DNA of 40,853 bases from positions 1 to 40,853 of the forward strand of contig PFLF01000043.1 in NCBI GenBank assembly GCA_002784505.1, written 5' to 3'. The first letter of the stretch is position 1; each line of letters begins with the position of its first letter. The position numbers were made by a program, and so were the translations under genes. Below the pieces are notes generated by a model. It was not told the DNA's origin, ran no database searches, and was given only the letters and a program-made list of their open reading frames with translations. The DNA is from Candidatus Roizmanbacteria bacterium CG_4_10_14_0_8_um_filter_39_9. GTDB lineage: Bacteria > Patescibacteriota > Microgenomatia > UBA1406 > GWC2-37-13. Shown here one piece after another: positions 24,263 through 32,853 of this stretch.

Positions 24263-25579
24263 TCAATAGTAGCGTGTGATGATAGTCCAAATTAATGATG
24301 TCAGTGCGAAAAAGCCTAGGGTAATCACCGCTGCACGTTTGATATGTTTATTACACTTTGCTTGTACGCAGAAGTACAAAGTATAAGGAATCAATATGAG
24401 GTAATATCTTCCTTGAGTGCCATCAATTACCGACGATCCAACTGTTTTCCAGCCAAGATAGAAGATCGTTTGAATAAGCATATACGTTAAAATCGGAGTA
24501 GAAAAAAGAACAATGAGTTTGGTTGTTGGGAGCAAATCACTTTTCTTAAGTTTAATTGTATAAATCAAATAACACGCAGCTCCGATCCATATAAAATACA
24601 TAAATGGATTCATCGAGTAATCCAGCCAGCCAAAAATGCCTATAGCTCCCTGAACATGGAAATTTATGTTACTCAGAAATGAGGTGACAAATATTGCTGC
24701 AAAGTGTAAAGGATCACGAATGATATATGCAATTTGTTTTAAAGGATTAACGCCAATCGGATTGTCACGGTAGTAATATGAGGATATAAAAAAGGGGAGT
24801 TTGATAACGAAGTAGGGGATAAGGACTGACATGAAAAGCCGCAGTTTATTTTTTGAAGGAATAAGAAAAAGTAATAAGAAGAAAGCCTCATATGAAAGCT
24901 TGGTGAGAAGAAATAATAAAAGGCTTCCTCCAAACAACAGTACATGTTTCGCTTTATTTGAACTAGAATGCGATAGATTTATAAAGGTGCAAAAGAGCGC
25001 GGCTCCTGCCACATAGTGCATTCCGTCATATCCATAACCTGAGATCTGGTGAATCAACATGGGGAGGGAAAAGGTAAAAAGGAGAATGTCGTCATAGGGT
25101 TTTCTGGTTTTGCGGTAGATAAAAATCATCATGAAAAATGAAAATAGAAACATAAAAAATCTACCCGCGAAAAAGCCAACCGTACCATTCAAGCTTAATA
25201 TTCGTGCAATGAGCAAGCCCAAGGCATGAGGAATGTATGGAATTGCGGGAAGAATGAACATTCCCTTCGGGTCAAGATATAATATTTTATGGTCGCCCGA
25301 GGAAGCAAATAAGGGCTTTTGATAAAACGATGCGTCAAATTTTATGTTTGCATGGTAGGGAATTGCGTTTAGCTTTTTGTCAAAAATGATATCGGTGTAC
25401 ATTTTTTCAATTGGGAGCTTTTTTCCGTCATTTAGTAAAAAAACATACCCTTTACTGAGAAGAATTGCCCGTTTGAAGTGTCCGTGTTCATCGGGCTTTT
25501 GAAGGGGAGGGACCAAAAAAGTAAATGCGAGACCCAGAATGAAAATATAGGTAAAAACGAGTTTGGCGTAAAATTTCAT
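24263..25579 (-). CDS. Polytopic membrane protein, DUF2142-like (putative extracytoplasmic glycosyltransferase)
   Basis: The protein has more than 10 TM helices. The first-loop motif 'PPLQKPDEHGHFKRA' matches the PDExxH signature of DUF2142-type proteins. Confidence 0.6.
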   Translation of the reverse strand: MKFYAKLVFTYIFILGLAFTFLVPPLQKPDEHGHFKRAILLSKGYVFLLNDGKKLPIEKMYTDIIFDKKLNAIPYHANIKFDASFYQKPLFASSGDHKILYLDPKGMFILPAIPYIPHALGLLIARILSLNGTVGFFAGRFFMFLFSFFMMIFIYRKTRKPYDDILLFTFSLPMLIHQISGYGYDGMHYVAGAALFCTFINLSHSSSNKAKHVLLFGGSLLLFLLTKLSYEAFFLLLFLIPSKNKLRLFMSVLIPYFVIKLPFFISSYYYRDNPIGVNPLKQIAYIIRDPLHFAAIFVTSFLSNINFHVQGAIGIFGWLDYSMNPFMYFIWIGAACYLIYTIKLKKSDLLPTTKLIVLFSTPILTYMLIQTIFYLGWKTVGSSVIDGTQGRYYLILIPYTLYFCVQAKCNKHIKRAAVITLGFFALTSLIWTIITRYY

Positions 25580-25619
25580 TTTGGCCCATTATAGCAGATA
25601 TAATTATTATAATGATTAT

Positions 25620-26393
25620 ATGAAATCACTCTCCCTTCTCATGATTACAAAAAATTCAGGCGAACTAATAGACAGCTCCTTAAAGTCTGTTTTGGGACTG
25701 ATTGACGAGATTGTAATCGTTGATGACTATTCATCTGACAATACGCGAGCAATTGCAAAAAAATATAAGGCAATGATTTATAAAAGAAGTAGTGAGAATT
25801 TGGGAAAACAGCGCGCCTACGGATTATCTAAATGTAAAGGTGAATGGATATTGATGCTGGATGCTGATGAAATAATTTCTCAAGAATTAAAGAATGAAAT
25901 TATTTCTGTCGTCTGTCGTCAGTTATCAGTCGTCGGAAACATAAGCGGTTACTACATTCCCTATCAAAATCATTTTTTGGGTAAACCGATTAATTATGGG
26001 GGCGAAAATTATCGGATACTTCGTCTATTTAAAAGAGCCAGCACACACATAACTGAGAATGTAGTACACGAACATGTTATTGTGAACGGAAAAGTAGGGT
26101 TTTTAACCCATAAAATATTCCATTATTCATACCGCAATCTGTCTCAGACTTATAAAAAATTTGCAGATTATGCGCGTCGTGAAGCATATCGAAAATTGTC
26201 TCAAGGAGAAAGGACCTCATTCAAAAAATTAATCCTCTATCCTATTCACATGTTCTGGGCAAGATATGTCAAAGATCGCGGATTCAAGGATTATGGACTG
26301 CGGATTTTACTCGATATTGGATTTGCGTATATGGAGTTTTTAATCTACTTTTTGATGCTGTTTGACCTGAAGAAATATAAAAAATCCGATTAA
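25620..26393 (+). CDS. Family 2 glycosyltransferase
   Basis: 'LSLLMITKNSGELI', 'IVIVDDYSSDNT', 'MLDADE' and 'VHEHV...HYSY' resemble the KdtX/WaaE-like GT2 layout. The protein is a paralogue of 32841-33635. The ATG at 25620 is preferred over the track's TTG at 25581. Confidence 0.85.
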   Translation: MKSLSLLMITKNSGELIDSSLKSVLGLIDEIVIVDDYSSDNTRAIAKKYKAMIYKRSSENLGKQRAYGLSKCKGEWILMLDADEIISQELKNEIISVVCRQLSVVGNISGYYIPYQNHFLGKPINYGGENYRILRLFKRASTHITENVVHEHVIVNGKVGFLTHKIFHYSYRNLSQTYKKFADYARREAYRKLSQGERTSFKKLILYPIHMFWARYVKDRGFKDYGLRILLDIGFAYMEFLIYFLMLFDLKKYKKSD

Positions 26394-28634
26394 GTATATC
26401 CAGTTTATTATGGATATAACCGCCCCAATAATAAACTTTTTTGGGAAATAGGTAAAGCTGACTACGTGTTTTCCCTCTGACAAGTCTACGCTTCTAAATA
26501 TGCCCGACTGGTATATTGTGCCGGGTTTTTTATCTATGGTTACCGACCAACCGGGATAATATACATCAGAGAGTATAAGCTTGGCAGCGGATGATGCCGT
26601 GGTTGAGATTTCAACCGAATTTTCAGTACTGCTTGTAATGGTTGATGAACCGGTAGCAATATCTGCATCGTTAAGTAAATACGATCGAGGTTTTACATTT
26701 TTGTTCTCATACACGCTAAACGTTTTACCGAGCAGCTTATTTTGTATTTGTAACAACTTTTTGAATGTTGGATCTGAGGAAAGTTCCTTCTCATATCTTC
26801 CTCCCGTAATCACGTATTTGACGGCCAGCGTGTCAAGCTCAAATGCTCCTGGAGCTATAACATCAATATGCGTCGGATCAACACTGCCTGACCTAACATA
26901 GGCGGCATAGTTTTTATTTACGATAGAACCGTATCCATCAATAGATTGAATTTTATAGATGCTGGACATATTAGGAGACAACAGATAGGCCGCTTTTTCA
27001 GTTTCACGTTCAAAAAAAGATTTATCCTCAAATATCGGCTTTTTTCCTTCATCTGTCATCGTGTGGATACGCGACTCTGGATCCTGTTTCAAGCGCGATA
27101 TAAGAGTTGACGGAGATTTGTAGATATTTTCAAAAGTGGTAAGAAGGTTATTTCTTGCGTAAAAAAGGATGTCTACGGCAATAAGCAAAATAAGAAGAAC
27201 GCGAAATAATTGAGATCTACACTGTTTAATTGCATAGAGTAAAAAAGTAAATAGGAGTACGAAAAGCATTATTATTGCTACATTTTCCGTCCACATATTA
27301 AATATAGAATGTATTTGAAATTCAGAGTAATGAAGAAAGCGCGTAAGAAAGGATGCTTTTTTTATTGAATTAATAAGATAAACTAAGCTTACGAACTTCT
27401 TATAAAAAAATATTCGAGATAACAAAGTTAGTATAAATATAGGCGAACATATTAAAACAGCCTGCCTTAGCAACCTTTTATTAACGGTATTACCTGAAAA
27501 AATATAATCAAATCCATACCCTGCAAGCATTGACAGAGCAACAGAATAGAGAATAAGAATAGATGGAGGCGACCTAAACCTTGAAAAGAAGGGAAGAACG
27601 TAAAATGCAAGATAATAAAGTGGCGAATACTTGCCGAGTGCAATTAAAAAGGTAACAAGAGCAACTCCTCCATAGAAAGTAATTACCCTGTCTTTTATCT
27701 TTATAAGAGCAACCATTGCAAGTATAAGGGGGACAATACCCACATATCCATTTGTGTCAGCCATTGCGCCCCACGAAGTTCCGTCTTTGAACACTCCAAA
27801 TATATTGACGAAAATCATGTGAAGCAGCGATATTACCGGTGATGAGCTTGAGGCATAGGCAAAATTAAACACAGGTCGAGTTGAAAATGTGGTAAGTTCA
27901 AGAAAAGGTATGAGTTGTATCGCGGTTAAAAAATTGACAGGAATGAATATTGTTGCAAGCAATTTTATTCTAGTAAATAATGATTCATTGCTTCGAAATA
28001 GCAAATATACTGCGACCAGTAGTGATGAGTAATAAAAAAATTGGGCATGTCCTGCAAATATTTGAAGAGATAATACAATCGAAATGCCTAGAACAAACGC
28101 AAGTGACTTTTTTTGAATTGACATTTCCAAAAAAATTAAGATGAGCGGGATAAGCACAACACTATTAAGAATGGGAGTGTTGAGGGTAAAGGTCATTACC
28201 GAACCGGAAAACATAAATATCAAAGAAGAGGCAACTGCCGCAAAGCGTGATAATTTCATTATTCTTCCGTATACATACATAAATGCACCGGCTAGATACA
28301 CATCAATTATGATCATATAGGAAAGAGCGCGAAGCGGTGAAAGAATCAGATAGAGAATATTTAATGGATACAGTAACCCCAGATTAATATCAGCAAGAAA
28401 TGGCGTTCCTGAAAACATATATGGGTTCCATAAGGGAAGCTGGCCCCGGCGAATCATATCAAACATCAGTACTTTTGAGGGGACATTGATCGACGCATTA
28501 TCCCCGGCAAACAGTACTTTCCCAAAAAAAACCACATCGGCAAAGAAAACCAGTACAATACACAAGAGAGCCACAATGATCTTGTAATCCGGTCTTTCCC
28601 ACACAATGCGTTTTGTACTCATCATGACGGGCAT
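26340..28634 (-). CDS. YfhO-family polytopic membrane glycosyltransferase
   Basis: The N-terminus is 'GKVLFAGDNASINVPSKVL...RGQLPLWNPYMFSGTPFLAD'. Many TM helices follow. The C-terminal ectodomain is 'SDVYYPGWSVTIDKKPGTIYQSGIFRSVDLSEGKHVVSFTYFPK', with a terminal TM. Confidence 0.75.
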   Translation of the reverse strand: MPVMMSTKRIVWERPDYKIIVALLCIVLVFFADVVFFGKVLFAGDNASINVPSKVLMFDMIRRGQLPLWNPYMFSGTPFLADINLGLLYPLNILYLILSPLRALSYMIIIDVYLAGAFMYVYGRIMKLSRFAAVASSLIFMFSGSVMTFTLNTPILNSVVLIPLILIFLEMSIQKKSLAFVLGISIVLSLQIFAGHAQFFYYSSLLVAVYLLFRSNESLFTRIKLLATIFIPVNFLTAIQLIPFLELTTFSTRPVFNFAYASSSSPVISLLHMIFVNIFGVFKDGTSWGAMADTNGYVGIVPLILAMVALIKIKDRVITFYGGVALVTFLIALGKYSPLYYLAFYVLPFFSRFRSPPSILILYSVALSMLAGYGFDYIFSGNTVNKRLLRQAVLICSPIFILTLLSRIFFYKKFVSLVYLINSIKKASFLTRFLHYSEFQIHSIFNMWTENVAIIMLFVLLFTFLLYAIKQCRSQLFRVLLILLIAVDILFYARNNLLTTFENIYKSPSTLISRLKQDPESRIHTMTDEGKKPIFEDKSFFERETEKAAYLLSPNMSSIYKIQSIDGYGSIVNKNYAAYVRSGSVDPTHIDVIAPGAFELDTLAVKYVITGGRYEKELSSDPTFKKLLQIQNKLLGKTFSVYENKNVKPRSYLLNDADIATGSSTITSSTENSVEISTTASSAAKLILSDVYYPGWSVTIDKKPGTIYQSGIFRSVDLSEGKHVVSFTYFPKKFIIGAVISIINWIYLIGFFIFLQVKQHQKVD

Positions 28635-28662
28635 ATTTTATATAATTAGAGCACACAAATCA

Positions 28663-29760
28663 ATGTTACTACCCTTTTTGAGAAAAGATACAAAAATTCG
28701 CGTTGGGTTGGACGGAGGCGATTATCCGTTAGGTTTGCCTGTCAAAAATGGGATTCAACGACTGGTGGCTTCGACTTGGGGTCAGGGAGTGAATAACCCG
28801 ACCGATAGTTTAAAAATATTTTATTACTATTTTGGCAGGAATCATTCAGCCAAACAAGTTATTACAGATATACAGCAGATATTGCTTCCAAAAAAATTAT
28901 TTTCATCCTTTTTTTTACCTTTTCGAATGTATTGGGACAAAATACGAATTTATGTAGGGTTTTCAGGGGTACTCCCTCCTTTTGTACGTTTGTTTAGGAT
29001 AAAGAGCATTATCTGTATTCATGATTTTGCCTTTATGAAATATCCCGCTTACTTTCAGAATGCAATCAAAATGAAATGGCAGACAGAATATGCATTGTAT
29101 GGGGCCGATAAAATAGTGGTATTTAGCGACTATATCAAAAATGATATTTATTCAAAGTATCCCACAATTCCGAAGGATAAGATTGTCAGGATTTATCCGG
29201 GTTCAGACCACCTCAAATTAAAGCGAATAAGTAAATCAATTAAGTCCCCCTTTTTTATTTATGTAGGAGTTATTAAACCGATGAAAAATATTGAAAAACT
29301 CCTAGAGCTTTTTGATTCATACATAAAACTATCACATGACAGTCTGTCAAAACTTGTCCTCTTAGGAAGCCATGAGCCGATCTTTTTCGAACAGCTTACG
29401 AAAACGGAGTTGTTTAGTAAATTAAAGCATCGATTATTATTTAAATCGAATCTTGAGGACACCCAGTTAGTTGAATACTACCGATCAGCACGAGCAGTTC
29501 TTAATACTTCCCATGATGAGGGATTCTGCTATCCGGTTGCCGAGGCTCTTCGGATAGGCGCCCGGGTAATAGTAAATGATCTCCCCCTTTACAATGAATT
29601 TCAGAAATATTATCCGGCAATAACAATTGCTAAAGATGAAGATCAGTTTCTGGCCGCTATGGGTCGTGATGAAAAGCCGTCAAATCCGATTGGTGCTGTT
29701 CCGTTTACATGGAGTACATTTAGAGACAGTATGTTACGGGTTATCTCCGACTGCATATGA
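28663..29760 (+). CDS. GT4-family (GT-B) glycosyltransferase
   Basis: 'FIYVGVIKPMKNIEKL' and 'SHDEGFCYPVAEALRIGARVIVND' carry the EX7E-type motif. The ATG at 28663 avoids the overlap with the yfhO start implied by the track's 28606. Confidence 0.8.
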   Translation: MLLPFLRKDTKIRVGLDGGDYPLGLPVKNGIQRLVASTWGQGVNNPTDSLKIFYYYFGRNHSAKQVITDIQQILLPKKLFSSFFLPFRMYWDKIRIYVGFSGVLPPFVRLFRIKSIICIHDFAFMKYPAYFQNAIKMKWQTEYALYGADKIVVFSDYIKNDIYSKYPTIPKDKIVRIYPGSDHLKLKRISKSIKSPFFIYVGVIKPMKNIEKLLELFDSYIKLSHDSLSKLVLLGSHEPIFFEQLTKTELFSKLKHRLLFKSNLEDTQLVEYYRSARAVLNTSHDEGFCYPVAEALRIGARVIVNDLPLYNEFQKYYPAITIAKDEDQFLAAMGRDEKPSNPIGAVPFTWSTFRDSMLRVISDCI

Positions 29761-31700
29761 AAATTGGATTTGTCATTGTCCTCTATAAAACGCCAGTTCA
29801 TGAAATGGTTCGACTTAAAAAGCAAATAGAAGCTCTTGGCTTTAAAGATTACCAGATATATTTTATTGACAATACTGCAAATGGTCATGGATATGCACAA
29901 GGGGTAAATGAAGGAATCAGACGTGCCCAAAAAAACAAGTGTGAGCTGTTTATTGTTGCCAACGCTGACATTTCATTTGAAAAACTATCTTCGCAAGATC
30001 TTATGGAGGGGTATAAGCATTTTGATATGTGGGGGCTCGCGATGAAACAACAGAACGTCGTATATTATGGAGGAGAAATAGACAAATGGCGCATGAGCGG
30101 CGGACTTATTATCGTTAAACCAACACATAGGTTTCAAAAGGCTGATTTTGTATGTGGTTCACTTATGCTTATCAAAAGTGAGCTTGTTGAAAAAATTGGA
30201 TTTCTGGATGAGTCTTACTTTATGTATTACGAAGATACGGAATACGGATACCGCTGCAACAAAAATGGGATGCGTGCGGGGATTGATACAAAACACACGT
30301 ATTTGCATTTTGAGATCTCAGTTCACAATGCGCTTAAAGATCTGTGGCTTGCAAAAAACAGACTCCGTTTTTTGGCAAGTTACGGAAGCCCCTTTCAAAT
30401 TATTCGAGAGATTATACGTACTCCAAAAACGCTCTGGGAAGAAAAAAAACTCATCTGGAATACATTTCAAAGGTCGTCGTTTCTCGTCAACTTTTTCAGT
30501 ATGAACATTTCAGCGTTTTTGGGAAAAGTATTTAATTTTATTTTGTTTCTCATCCTCATTCGCAACCTTACCGTTGCTGAATATGGAATTTACACACTCG
30601 TTTGGGCTCATGTATCCATATTCGGGCCGCTTGTTGATTTTGGTACCACTTCATATGGTATGGTATATTTGCCGAGCGAAAAAAAAGATAGGATAAACTC
30701 GTTATTCTCACTACGCCTCATTCTCTCACTAACCATATTTATTTTAACGGTGCTGCTGGCAGTCGTTTTTAAATATGAACACAAAATACTTATTTATATA
30801 TTCTTCACATCATTCGTGATATTTTTTAATATGGCATCGGGCACTTACCTTATTCTTACATCCATTGCGCAAAAACTTGCAAGAACTTCAGCACTATCCA
30901 TCCTAACTAACGCGATTATGATTGGAGGTATAATTTTGAGCATTACGGTTTTTCAAAAGGTAAGGTATATGTTTGCAACTATTGCAGGTTTCTACGTGCT
31001 CTATACGCTTATCTACTCCGCATTAGTTTCTCGATTGATCAAGAAGATCCACATATTTTTTGATTATCGAAACTGGATCCAGATCATGAAAAAATCGTAT
31101 ATATTTGTCTTGATAGGTTTTTTTGCCGGCATATATTTTAAAATCGATGTGCTGATGCTTTCATTTTTGAAAGGCAAAGAAGCAGTTGGAGTATATTCTT
31201 CAGGATATAAATTTCTCGAAGCGCTTATACTTATTGCGTCAAGCTATAACACCGTTGCAACTCCCATACTTGCAAAAGGAATTATTGATGGGAAGCAACG
31301 ACTGAGACTTACCGTGCGAAAACATCTTGTATTGTTGGGCATTATTGGTTTTGGAGTAGTACTTGGAACCTATCTTATTGGACCATACTTTTTTCCTATT
31401 ATCTTAAAAGGAAATTTTAAAGAAGCAGCCGGCGTAATACGCATAATTATTTGGGCACTTCCTTTCATACTTTTAAATTCTGTCTTCATGAATCTTTTGT
31501 ATGTTTCTGGACGGCCACAGATGGTAATAGGTCTTTTTATCACCCTATCAGTAATAAACATCGTTTCAAATCTTCTTCTTATTCCTCATTTTTCGTACAT
31601 CGCGTCGTCATATATTACCGTAGGGTGTGAAATCACAAGCCTGTTTATCCTTCTTTACCTGGTCTTTATAAGTAATAGAAAAAAAATCTTATATGATTAA
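29757..31700 (+). CDS. Fusion of a GT2 rhamnosyltransferase-like domain with a Wzx/MOP-type polysaccharide flippase
   Basis: The N-terminal ~230 aa carry 'FVIVLYKTP', 'DNTANGHGYAQGVNEGI', 'VANADI', 'GSLMLIKSELVEKIGFLDESYFMYYEDTEYGYR'. About 12 TM helices with a Polysacc_synt-like pattern follow ('LIRNLTVAEYGIYTL', 'VGVYSSGYKF'). The start overlaps the upstream stop (ATGA). Confidence 0.75.
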   Translation: MKIGFVIVLYKTPVHEMVRLKKQIEALGFKDYQIYFIDNTANGHGYAQGVNEGIRRAQKNKCELFIVANADISFEKLSSQDLMEGYKHFDMWGLAMKQQNVVYYGGEIDKWRMSGGLIIVKPTHRFQKADFVCGSLMLIKSELVEKIGFLDESYFMYYEDTEYGYRCNKNGMRAGIDTKHTYLHFEISVHNALKDLWLAKNRLRFLASYGSPFQIIREIIRTPKTLWEEKKLIWNTFQRSSFLVNFFSMNISAFLGKVFNFILFLILIRNLTVAEYGIYTLVWAHVSIFGPLVDFGTTSYGMVYLPSEKKDRINSLFSLRLILSLTIFILTVLLAVVFKYEHKILIYIFFTSFVIFFNMASGTYLILTSIAQKLARTSALSILTNAIMIGGIILSITVFQKVRYMFATIAGFYVLYTLIYSALVSRLIKKIHIFFDYRNWIQIMKKSYIFVLIGFFAGIYFKIDVLMLSFLKGKEAVGVYSSGYKFLEALILIASSYNTVATPILAKGIIDGKQRLRLTVRKHLVLLGIIGFGVVLGTYLIGPYFFPIILKGNFKEAAGVIRIIIWALPFILLNSVFMNLLYVSGRPQMVIGLFITLSVINIVSNLLLIPHFSYIASSYITVGCEITSLFILLYLVFISNRKKILYD

Positions 31701-32853
31701 TCCTTCGACTTCGCTCAGGATAAAAGTTGCTTTTGTCAGAGGCGCATTTCTCAATAATTTTGAAGGTCAGAATTATGCCATTAAGGGCGTAACTGGTTTT
31801 GGATCGCTGCACTCGATTCATTCACAGTTGCCGTTTCCGGTGATCCGACTTCCCAGTTTGTCAGACTACAATCTGATAGGAAGATGGGGGAGAGCCATTG
31901 CCAACCGCACCCTTGGAGATATCCAAAATCTATTTGGTTTGGAGAAATATGCATCCCAGTTTGACATTTTTCATACCGCTGATCCCCATTATTATTATTC
32001 TTATCAACTTGCAAAACTGAGATCAGAAAACAAAATCAAATATCTTCTTGTTACTTCATGGGAAACGATTCCTTTTAATAACGAAACGGTTGAGGCAAAA
32101 AAAAGAAAAAAATATTTTGTTTTGAAGTATGCGGACCATTTTTTATGCTATACGGAGCGGGCAAAGGAGTGCCTTATTTTGGAGGGTGTAAGTGAAAACA
32201 AAATATCGGTTATAAGGTTGGGGGTGGATTTGCAAAATTTCAAATTTCAAATAACAAATAACAAATCAATAACAAAATCCAAATCACCAATTCAAATATT
32301 GTTTGTCGGGAGGTTGGTTGAGGAGAAGGGGGTAATGGACGCTTATAAAGTATTCCGAAATGTCAAATTGCAAATGACAAATCACAAATCAATCACAAAT
32401 ATCAAATTGCAAATAGTTGGGGAGGGGCCGCTGAAACAAACACTCCTCAGGAAAATTGAACAGGATCATTTTCAGAATTGTGTTTCGATTGAAACAAAAA
32501 AGTACGAAGAAATGCCAAAAATATATCAATATGCAGATATTGTACTTCTTCCCTCCAAAAGGACTAATACCTGGGAGGAACAGTACGGCATGGTATTTGT
32601 TGAGGCAATGGCATCAGGTCTACCAATAGTTACTTATGATACTGGAACTATAACAGAAATTATCAGTTCGGAAGTGATAAAAGAAGAGGGAGATATAGAC
32701 GGATTGGCAAACAGCCTCATTAATTTGATAAAGGATAAAAAAGCGCGCTTAAAACTTGGTACAATGGGAAGAGTACGGGCGGAAAAATTTTTTGACAGCA
32801 AAAAATCAGCCACGGAAATAAAAAATCTTTATATTTCGTTATGCAAAAGATAA
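31693..32853 (+). CDS. GT4-family glycosyltransferase carrying three in-frame repeat-derived insertions
   Basis: 'ILFVGRLVEEKGV', 'LQIVGEGPLKQ', 'LPSKRTNTWEEQYGMVFVEAMASGLPIVTYDTG' are present. See the repeat features at 32231, 32358 and 32660. Confidence 0.85.
   Translation: MINPSTSLRIKVAFVRGAFLNNFEGQNYAIKGVTGFGSLHSIHSQLPFPVIRLPSLSDYNLIGRWGRAIANRTLGDIQNLFGLEKYASQFDIFHTADPHYYYSYQLAKLRSENKIKYLLVTSWETIPFNNETVEAKKRKKYFVLKYADHFLCYTERAKECLILEGVSENKISVIRLGVDLQNFKFQITNNKSITKSKSPIQILFVGRLVEEKGVMDAYKVFRNVKLQMTNHKSITNIKLQIVGEGPLKQTLLRKIEQDHFQNCVSIETKKYEEMPKIYQYADIVLLPSKRTNTWEEQYGMVFVEAMASGLPIVTYDTGTITEIISSEVIKEEGDIDGLANSLINLIKDKKARLKLGTMGRVRAEKFFDSKKSATEIKNLYISLCKR
32231..32300 (+). repeat. A/C-rich NNCAAAT heptamer module A, in frame inside the GT4 gene
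   Basis: The DNA reads TTCAAAT TTCAAAT AACAAAT AACAAAT CAATAACAAAATCCAAATCACCAATTCAAAT. It encodes 'NFKFQITNNKSITKSKSPIQI' in the loop between 'GVDL' and 'ILFVGR'. Confidence 0.7.
32358..32415 (+). repeat. A/C-rich NNCAAAT heptamer module B, in frame inside the GT4 gene
   Basis: The DNA reads GTCAAAT TGCAAAT GACAAAT CACAAAT CAAT CACAAAT ATCAAAT TGCAAAT. A 13-nt direct repeat, TCAAATTGCAAAT, occurs at 32363-32375 and 32402-32414, 39 nt apart. The module encodes 'NVKLQMTNHKSITNIKLQI'. Confidence 0.7.
32660..32680 (+). repeat. 21-nt REP-like unit inside the GT4 coding sequence
   Basis: TTATCAGTTCGGAAGTGATAA equals the first 14 plus the last 7 nt of the 39-nt REP at 13681. Its 7 codons are read as 'IISSEVI'. 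Confidence 0.7.

Noticed and set aside
25920-25960. 'GTCGTCTGTCGTCAGTTATCAGTCGTCGGAAACATAAG' inside the GT2 gene as another REP insertion
   Set aside because: It shares only TTATCAG and TCGGAA with the REP, and the rest differs. The paralogue is just 3 aa shorter here, so an insertion cannot be demonstrated by eye. I mention it only as a weak look-alike.
12904-32680. Whether the TTCGGAA-containing repeats form a CRISPR array
   Set aside because: The copies are kilobases apart and are palindromic doublets. They are not regularly spaced with unique spacers, and no cas genes are present. The REP/RAYT interpretation fits better.
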